IMG/VR virus record: IMGVR_UViG_3300042691_038096 | Location: 999 to 64,998 of that record | Reading direction: 5' to 3' (one strand) | Origin: a virus | Taxonomy: Duplodnaviria; Caudoviricetes | DNA length: 64,000 nt | Part shown: piece after piece, positions 57,439 to 64,000 of the stretch | How the letters are laid out: each line of letters opens with the position of its first letter | Position numbering within the stretch: position 1 is the first letter of the stretch | Notes under the pieces: generated by a model | What the model saw: the letters and a program-made list of their open reading frames with translations, nothing else | What the model was told of the DNA's origin: nothing | The model's database searches: none | Made by a program: the position numbers and the translations under genes

Positions 57439-58824
57439 ATGAAGCCAATTAAAAAGTTTTCAGCTACTTCTACAGATAGTTCATCTATCTTAGAATCAGC
57501 AAATCTTAGCCCAGAAGCTTTAGCAGAATTAGTTCAAAAGTTGGGTTACAATAATATTGATGAAATAAAGAAAGAGAAAGCTCTTCTTTCTAAATTAGAA
57601 GCTCTTCTTAAAGAATTCAATCCTAAACAAGATGTAAGCGAAGATGACGCTGAAGATATTGAAGATGAGATTAATGATTTAGGAGAACCTAAGTCTCTAG
57701 AAGATAAAGACGGTGAAAAAGAAGAAGACAAGGAAGTTGGATCAACCTCTGAAGTTGCTGAAGGTGACGAAGAAATTGCTGCACCTGAGACTGGATCTGA
57801 AGATACCGATGAAGATTATGTAGACCCTAATACTTTACCTAAAGGCGTTCTTGATTATGTTTCTTCTAAATATGCTGATGCTAAAATAACTAAAGCTGAA
57901 AGTGATGAAGAGGGTTTTGAAGTATACTTAAGTAATGGCTTAGAACTTAAATTTGATGCAAACGGTAATTTTGTTACCGCTGAAGTTGAAGAAGATGCTG
58001 CTGAAGATATTGAAGGCGATATTAAAGATTTAGGAGAACCTAAAGAAGACAGTGAAAAGGACGGAGAAAAGGTAGTAACAAAAGATCAGGAAATTACGGC
58101 AGATGTACCTGGTGAAGGAGACGATGAAGAGTCCGGAACCAATCCTGTTACAAAACGTCGTATTATGACTTTTGATGATTTTGTTAAGGAAGAAGAAGAA
58201 ACAATTAATAAAAACGTTTCTTATCAGGATGACGAAGAAGAAGATGAAGATAATGCTTTACCTGTAGCTGATTCTGTTGAGACAGAAGAAACTAAGGAAG
58301 AAGAGATTGAAGAAACTGTTTCTAGAACTACATCATCAATTAAATCATTCTCTCAATTTGTTTCTGAATCATATCTTTCTGAAGAAGCTGATAATGGTCC
58401 AGAATTAAAAGAAGAAACACCTGACGCAAATGGTATCGCAATTACTATTGCTAAAGGCGACGGTTCAGAAACTGCTGCTGGCATTTCTGCTGAAACTATG
58501 AAAATGGGTGAACCTGAAGAAAAGAAAGAAGAAGAGGGTGAAGAATTGGTAACTAAAGATCAAAAGATTACCAAAGAACCTGAAACTTCAAAGGATGAAC
58601 CTACTGTTCAAGGTACCGTTGTAGTAAAAGAAGGTAAGATTAGCGAAAAGGAAATTAAATCCGATGCTGATTTTGAAGAATATGCAACTGAGATTTTGAA
58701 ATCTGCACACGGTGCTGATTTTGATGAAGCAAAAGCCAAAGAAGTTATTGATGGCCTTAAGTCTAAATATAAAGGAGACTTTGGTGCAATGGTTGGAGCT
58801 TTACAGTCCTCTATGGGAAAATAA
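57439..58824 (+). CDS. acidic repeat protein with embedded PepSY-like (BLIP-like) domain; putative internal head/scaffold protein
   Basis: Three ED.GEP...KDQ.IT repeats; LPKGVLDYVSSKY...FEVYLSNGLELKFDANGNF; IMTFDDF and IKSFSQF motifs. Confidence 0.7.
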   Translation: MKPIKKFSATSTDSSSILESANLSPEALAELVQKLGYNNIDEIKKEKALLSKLEALLKEFNPKQDVSEDDAEDIEDEINDLGEPKSLEDKDGEKEEDKEVGSTSEVAEGDEEIAAPETGSEDTDEDYVDPNTLPKGVLDYVSSKYADAKITKAESDEEGFEVYLSNGLELKFDANGNFVTAEVEEDAAEDIEGDIKDLGEPKEDSEKDGEKVVTKDQEITADVPGEGDDEESGTNPVTKRRIMTFDDFVKEEEETINKNVSYQDDEEEDEDNALPVADSVETEETKEEEIEETVSRTTSSIKSFSQFVSESYLSEEADNGPELKEETPDANGIAITIAKGDGSETAAGISAETMKMGEPEEKKEEEGEELVTKDQKITKEPETSKDEPTVQGTVVVKEGKISEKEIKSDADFEEYATEILKSAHGADFDEAKAKEVIDGLKSKYKGDFGAMVGALQSSMGK

Positions 58825-58839
58825 TAAAAATTTTAAGAG

Positions 58840-59139
58840 ATGAATAATATTAAAAAATTCAATGAATTTATAAATGAATCTCTCAATGAGAAGGCCGAAG
58901 CCAAAGTAGGTGATCATGTATTTGTTGATGGAATGTTTTTACCAAAAGATATTAAATGGGAAATTTCTAAAATCACTGATGTTAAGTCTGGTATGTTTAA
59001 AGGTGATACCAAATATGATTTAGTATCTGTTCTTAATCCTGATGTTACTAGTATAATATATGGCGGAGAACAGTTAAAACCTTGGACTAAATCAGATGAT
59101 GGTATGAAACCTAAAGGTAAAGGAAATTACATAAAGTAA
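58840..59139 (+). CDS. putative internal head protein (SH3-like)
   Basis: MNNIKKFNEFINESLNE; KVGDHVFV. Confidence 0.65.
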   Translation: MNNIKKFNEFINESLNEKAEAKVGDHVFVDGMFLPKDIKWEISKITDVKSGMFKGDTKYDLVSVLNPDVTSIIYGGEQLKPWTKSDDGMKPKGKGNYIK

Positions 59140-59143
59140 AACC

Positions 59144-60415
59144 ATGAAGTATATTAAGCTTTTTGAACAATGGCTGGCCGATCAAAGCCAGCCATTGCTT
59201 TTAGAAGGTGGCGCTGCCGGCCACATGAATCATCCCTTTGATGACAAAGGATTAACATTTGGTGATTTTAAGAGTATCATTGATGCCGGTCTTCGTGGTG
59301 AATTAAACTTTGAAGAAGATCCTACTGAAAAGACCGATGGTCAAAATGTATGGGCTACTATTCAGGATGGACAGGTAAAATTTGCAAGAAATAAGGGAGA
59401 GAGTATTACTCCAATGACTCTTTCTGATTTTAAGCAAAAATTTGCAGATCATCCAAGTGCATCCGTGAGAGATACATTCCAATTTGCTGCACAGGATCTT
59501 GCTGACCTTTTAATTAAATTACCTCAAAAAGTTCAGGATAGTACATTTGAAAACGGTAAGAATTTCATGAACATGGAACTTATCTATTCTAAGAATCCTA
59601 ATGTTATTAATTATGATACTGATGTTATTCAGTTTCATAACATAACTAAAACTGATGGCAACGGTAATGTTATTGGTACTGAGGCTAGACCTGCAAAAGA
59701 GATCCCCGCTATCCTATCTAAAGTTCAAGCTGATTTAGGAAAAACATTTAAGATCATTCCTCCTAGAGTCATACAATTACAACAGGATATGGACTTTAGT
59801 GAAAATAAACAAAAGTTCATTAATAAAGTACTTGAGTTACAAAAGAGATATAATCTTAATGATGGCGATGAGGTATCCAGATATCATGAAATGTGGTGGA
59901 GAGAATTAATTGATAAAGAATTTCCTTCAGCTCCACAAGATGTAAAAGAAGGTCTTTTAAGAAGATGGGCTTATGATGATAAGAATACCTTAAATATGAG
60001 ATCCTTAGATAAAGTGTTAACACCAGATGAAGCTGCAAAGATTAAGAAGTTTGATAAGGAAGATGTTAAGAAAAAGTATAAAGAAAACATTAGACCTTTT
60101 GAAGATCTATTCCTAGAGTTAGGATCTGTTATTCTTAAGAATGCAAGTAACTTTCTTGCGGCTGATCCTACTGGAGAAACCGAAAGACTTCGTGCATATC
60201 TACAAGCTGAAGCTGATAAGATTAGAAAAACTGGTGGAGCTGACCAGGTTAAAAAGGTAGAAGATGAATTGGCTAGACTGGATAGAATCGGTGGTATTAA
60301 TTCAATATTCCCTACTGAAGGTATCGTATTTAGATACAATGGTAAACTTTATAAACTAACTGGAACCTTTGCTGCACTTAACCAATTATTAGGTATTATT
60401 AAGTACGGTAGATAA
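59144..60415 (+). CDS. ligase-like covalent nucleotidyltransferase (ATP-grasp), conserved in T4-like phages
   Basis: EGGAAGHMNHPFD; TEKTDGQN (motif I KxDG); ARNK; EGIVF and YKLTG (motifs IV/V). Confidence 0.7.
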   Translation: MKYIKLFEQWLADQSQPLLLEGGAAGHMNHPFDDKGLTFGDFKSIIDAGLRGELNFEEDPTEKTDGQNVWATIQDGQVKFARNKGESITPMTLSDFKQKFADHPSASVRDTFQFAAQDLADLLIKLPQKVQDSTFENGKNFMNMELIYSKNPNVINYDTDVIQFHNITKTDGNGNVIGTEARPAKEIPAILSKVQADLGKTFKIIPPRVIQLQQDMDFSENKQKFINKVLELQKRYNLNDGDEVSRYHEMWWRELIDKEFPSAPQDVKEGLLRRWAYDDKNTLNMRSLDKVLTPDEAAKIKKFDKEDVKKKYKENIRPFEDLFLELGSVILKNASNFLAADPTGETERLRAYLQAEADKIRKTGGADQVKKVEDELARLDRIGGINSIFPTEGIVFRYNGKLYKLTGTFAALNQLLGIIKYGR

Positions 60416-60488
60416 TACCAGATCTTACCTCTAGTAAGATATCTAATTTAAGTAATAGGAAACTATTTTTATATAAATCGGTAACGAT

Positions 60489-60521
60489 AATGGGTGAGCT
60501 ATCGTCTCACCCATTTCATTT
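60489..60521 (+). terminator. hairpin / possible intrinsic terminator
   Basis: AATGGGTGAG-CTATCGT-CTCACCCATT followed by T-rich sequence. Confidence 0.5.
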
Positions 60522-60567
60522 ATGTAATTTTCTAAGAATATATAAAAGGTAATACAAAATAAATTAA

Positions 60568-63399
60568 ATGAAGGAATTAGCTAGAATTTACAAAGAGTTA
60601 GGACAGGACTTTGTTAATGATCTCTTTAAAGACTACCTCGTGGTAACAGAAAAGTTATCAGGGTCTGCGTTTTCATTTGAAAAGGCCGGATCATCATTAA
60701 AATTCTTTAAGTCTAATGATAAGCCTATTAACCTTGTTGATAGAACATTAATGGTTTATTATGAAAAACCTATTAATTACATTAAAGATTCGACCGATTC
60801 ATTTATGGATTCTATTCCAGGTAATTGGAGATTCTGTTTTCAGTACTTTGTTCATAATGAACCCGGTGTAATCCGATATGATAAATTACCAAAAAATAAT
60901 CTGGTCTTAACTCATATTCTTGTAAAGAATCCTAACGGTAAAGTTACTAAGATTATTGAAGATCCTAGAGTTATTGAAGACTGGTCAAATGCATTAGGGG
61001 TTACTCCTCTTTTACCAATCTTTAAGGGATACTTAACAGATGAACAAAAAGAAAGCATTAAAAAATTCATTAAGACTCCAATAGAAGATCAATTAGAGAT
61101 ATTCAAAACATCTTCTTTTGCAGAGTATCTTATAAAGGTTCTTAATCCAAAACTAAATTCTACAATACTTCAAGATGATTTGAGTAAACCTATAGAATCA
61201 ATCATTTTTAAGTTTTATAAAACAGGAGGTACACAAATCATTTCTGCTAAGCTTATTGATCCTTATACTGCGAATCTATTAAAGCATAGAGAACCTATCG
61301 ATCCTAAGAAGGCACCAGCCGATGTTAATGAAATCTTACTGCTTGACATTCTTGCCTTTATAGAAGAAAGAGGTCTAAGATCAAATGAGTTATTAACAGC
61401 ATCGCCCGATGAAAGGTATCTTGAATTGGTATCATCAATCTTTAATGATTATGTTGTAAGAAGAGGTAAAGGAATTTCTGATTTAGGAATTGAAAGAGCG
61501 GACTTTGCAAAAGGCGATGAATTCAAATTAAATGTAGATCTTATACCAAGCCAAGCCACACAGGCTACTCTTAAACAGAACGAAAAGATGCAAGATTTAT
61601 TTAAGATTATGTTAGGCTCTCTTCGTAAGAAAAGAAATCCTGACAAACCTGGTAATGTTTTAACACCATCGGTTATAGAAGATTTTAATGCACTGGTTTC
61701 TAAAATAGAAGATGCAATTAATAAACCAGTTGATGATAAGTTTAAGACCTTTTCTGATTATCTTAATCTTAAGAAGACTAATGAATCATATCAAACGGTT
61801 GAAGATATGATTTTGGAAGAAAAAATCTTAAACTATAATAAATTTATAAATTTAGGAAGAGTTGAAATTCAATATTCAACTAAGTTAGAAGAGGCCGCAG
61901 GATTAACAAGAAGACAGCAAGATTGGATTAAGAAATATGAAAGATTTTCTAATTCATCAAATTGGGTTAAGCCAAAATCTAAAGTAAAAGGAGAGGTTCT
62001 TAGAGCTGATTTTGGAATGAATGATGGTACTGCCGAAAAAAATATTGAAAACTTTTTACTTAAAGAGTTAGGAATTAAGAGATCTGATTATACGATTGAA
62101 CAAATATCTACTGGAACATATGTCCCAAATGCAGGAGGAAAAATATCAAGTGATTATAATTCTTATGCAATTACAATAGTCAATCCTATTAAAGACAGTC
62201 TTGGCGAATCATATAAGAACGGCGATATCTTTTATATAACAAATCGCTTAAAGGTAGAAAAGAGTACTGGTTTAGCGGCTGTCATTGGCAAAAAAGATTT
62301 AACACCGGATGCAATGGGATTACCTACAGCAGAATATAAAGATTCTCAAAGTTTATTTTCAAAAATTGAAAGTTATGTTAATAGGCTATCATATCCTGAC
62401 AATTACAAAAATTTTATTATTGAATCTACGAGAGAATTGATGACTAATACAAAAAATGCAAATTCATTTTCTGATTTTGAAACATATGCAAATTCTTCGG
62501 CCGGCTATTTATTTTATGATATAACAGATTCCTTATTTGACGGGATTGATGCAATATCAATCAATAACTTCCAAAATGACTATGGCGAAATATTAGGCGG
62601 TTTTATGCTGTTTAATCTTCTTAAAGATACTGGTGCAGGTTTAAGATATCCTACCGCATCTAATGAAAGAATGGTTGATTTTTTCTTTGATGATTATAGT
62701 ATATCTTCTAAGGCTGGAAGTGGCGGTACCCCAAGTGGAGATACTATTATACAAAAAATGTATTCAATGTATAATTCGGGTCACTTACATTTTGATACTC
62801 AACCTGAACAAGACTTCCTAAATAATGTGATTAAGCAATGGGTTAATCCGCCTAATCTTGATAAAAGTGTTATCTATAATAACATAATGAATTTATGTAG
62901 CGTTAATATTCCTAGTTCAACCAATAACTCTGGTTATTGGTATATTTTAGGAAAGGCTAACGTACAGCCTTCTTCTGCATATAAAGATGTACTAATATCA
63001 TATCTTGATGATCTATCAACAAATGAGGATGAATTTAAGAAGACTATGTCAGAATTCTATTCCAAGACTGGTGTTGATCAATCTAAATTGAAACCACAAG
63101 TTGTATATGATCTTTATGTTAAACAAAAGAATTCATCAGATCGAAATAGAATAGGTTTTATATTTTACCCATTAATGGTTGAGTCTGAAATTGCATTAAA
63201 TGCTAAATATCAAAAGCAATTAACAAAATATGGTCAACTGGTAACTGATGTTAAGCAATTGTATTTAGATGTTTTAGTTAAAGGAGGTTTATTTAGATTT
63301 AAGACAGTGCCATTTAAGACAGCCGAATTTAAGTTTGAAAGAAAAGGCAGTATACCTAATCCTTTTAATGCTAACATGGGGATAAAGATTCTTAAATAA
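60568..63399 (+). CDS. fusion of an Rnl2-like nucleotidyltransferase N-domain and a PD-(D/E)xK-like C-domain
   Basis: VTEKLSGSAFSF (cf. Rnl2 EKIHGTNFS), PIFKG, ESIIFK..AKLID; C-terminal DYGEILG...PTASNERMVDF...ISSK. Confidence 0.55.
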   Translation: MKELARIYKELGQDFVNDLFKDYLVVTEKLSGSAFSFEKAGSSLKFFKSNDKPINLVDRTLMVYYEKPINYIKDSTDSFMDSIPGNWRFCFQYFVHNEPGVIRYDKLPKNNLVLTHILVKNPNGKVTKIIEDPRVIEDWSNALGVTPLLPIFKGYLTDEQKESIKKFIKTPIEDQLEIFKTSSFAEYLIKVLNPKLNSTILQDDLSKPIESIIFKFYKTGGTQIISAKLIDPYTANLLKHREPIDPKKAPADVNEILLLDILAFIEERGLRSNELLTASPDERYLELVSSIFNDYVVRRGKGISDLGIERADFAKGDEFKLNVDLIPSQATQATLKQNEKMQDLFKIMLGSLRKKRNPDKPGNVLTPSVIEDFNALVSKIEDAINKPVDDKFKTFSDYLNLKKTNESYQTVEDMILEEKILNYNKFINLGRVEIQYSTKLEEAAGLTRRQQDWIKKYERFSNSSNWVKPKSKVKGEVLRADFGMNDGTAEKNIENFLLKELGIKRSDYTIEQISTGTYVPNAGGKISSDYNSYAITIVNPIKDSLGESYKNGDIFYITNRLKVEKSTGLAAVIGKKDLTPDAMGLPTAEYKDSQSLFSKIESYVNRLSYPDNYKNFIIESTRELMTNTKNANSFSDFETYANSSAGYLFYDITDSLFDGIDAISINNFQNDYGEILGGFMLFNLLKDTGAGLRYPTASNERMVDFFFDDYSISSKAGSGGTPSGDTIIQKMYSMYNSGHLHFDTQPEQDFLNNVIKQWVNPPNLDKSVIYNNIMNLCSVNIPSSTNNSGYWYILGKANVQPSSAYKDVLISYLDDLSTNEDEFKKTMSEFYSKTGVDQSKLKPQVVYDLYVKQKNSSDRNRIGFIFYPLMVESEIALNAKYQKQLTKYGQLVTDVKQLYLDVLVKGGLFRFKTVPFKTAEFKFERKGSIPNPFNANMGIKILK

Positions 63400-63417
63400 A
63401 TAAAAAAAGAATACTAG

Positions 63418-64000
63418 ATGAAAAATCTTAAAAATATTGATTCCTTCTTATTAGAAAAGAAAATTGCAGTTAAAAGGAGATATACTGAAAATCATCCTGC
63501 AAAATTTGTTTCATCATCAGCAAAAGTTAGAAATGCACTTTTGGATTCAATTGGTGACGGTCATCTAACAGAAGAGGAAATTGCAAAGGTTCTATCTGAA
63601 ATTAGTGCTCATAAGAGATGGTTAAGTAGAAATCTTAACCTATTCAATATTAGTGAAGATCAAAACGGTGTTAAGAGTTATTCACTTTCTCCCTATGGTC
63701 ATAGAATTAGAAAGGCCACTAAAGTTACTTCAATTACAGAGGCTCTTAATGTACCTCATAAAGAACAAGGTAAAAAGAAGGTCAATATCTTTGTTGGAAG
63801 ATTTCAACCTTTCACATTAGGACACGTAAAGGTATTTGAACAAATGTATAAAAAGAATGGTCACCCTGTTGTGGTATTCTTAGTAAGAGGTGGAAAACCT
63901 GATCCTGAAAAGAATCCTTTTAGTGAAGAGTTACAGCAGGCAATGTTTGCTGAAATGACTAAACAGTATCCTTTTCTTGAGGCTGCCTTTGTAGTACCTA
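63418..64000 (+). CDS. HIGH-class (cytidylyl/NMN-adenylyltransferase-like) nucleotidyltransferase, truncated by window end
   Basis: Hand-translated MKNLKNIDSFLLEKK...VGRFQPFTLGH...KNPFS; frame stays open to the window edge. Confidence 0.8.
   Translation, partial: MKNLKNIDSFLLEKKIAVKRRYTENHPAKFVSSSAKVRNALLDSIGDGHLTEEEIAKVLSEISAHKRWLSRNLNLFNISEDQNGVKSYSLSPYGHRIRKATKVTSITEALNVPHKEQGKKKVNIFVGRFQPFTLGHVKVFEQMYKKNGHPVVVFLVRGGKPDPEKNPFSEELQQAMFAEMTKQYPFLEAAFVVP

Noticed and set aside
1-64000. Bacterial chromosome or prophage (rpsU, rpsA, dnaJ, kdsD, trxA, tRNAs)
   Set aside because: Host-like genes are isolated among T4-like structural and replication genes with phage promoter motifs; no operon context, integrase or att boundary seen
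1-64000. Stop-codon reassignment (code 15 or 4)
   Set aside because: Long ORFs tile the window in code 11, TAG and TGA both end genuine genes, and no suppressor tRNA is present
1-64000. CRISPR array, DGR/retron, IS element, intron or intein
   Set aside because: No regularly spaced repeats, reverse transcriptase, transposase or homing endonuclease seen; ligase, primase and UvsW have normal lengths

Overview
A 64-kb segment of an AT-rich, T4-like jumbo myophage genome, read in standard genetic code and almost entirely on the + strand. The host is very probably Bacteroidota: a Bacteroidota-type bS21, an SIS-only KdsD, a PepSY-like domain, a lipoprotein with D-S/T O-glycosylation sequons, and almost no Shine-Dalgarno sequences. 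Layout: (1) 1-13.5 kb is an accessory region with small membrane genes, four U34 tRNAs (Ile-UAU, Leu-UAA, Arg-UCU, Gly-UCC), an aberrant tRNA-like RNA, bS21, KdsD, thioredoxin, two HAD phosphatases, PspC, a GH73 hydrolase, two methyltransferases, DnaJ, DNA ligase and dCMP deaminase. (2) 13.5-52 kb is a tail/baseplate/neck module (gp48/53/27/54/5/13/25/6/7/3-like genes, collagen fibres) interrupted by a bS1 homologue and an amidoligase. (3) 52-57.4 kb holds RuvC, GroES, gp32, primase, UvsY and UvsW. (4) 57.4-64 kb is a late cassette whose proteins carry T4-type capsid-targeting motifs and prohead-protease sites; it encodes two ligase-like nucleotidyltransferases, a PD-(D/E)xK-like domain and a HIGH nucleotidyltransferase. 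Best leads: this putative virion-injected enzyme cassette; a tRNA-like RNA with a 12-bp anticodon arm and an adjacent structured RNA; an rrn-like boxA/long-range stem enclosing an ORF next to tRNA-Gly; three readable promoter classes, including an antisense promoter aimed at ruvC; and a GGCA array in the gp32 leader. All calls come from reading motifs by eye; no database searches were run.
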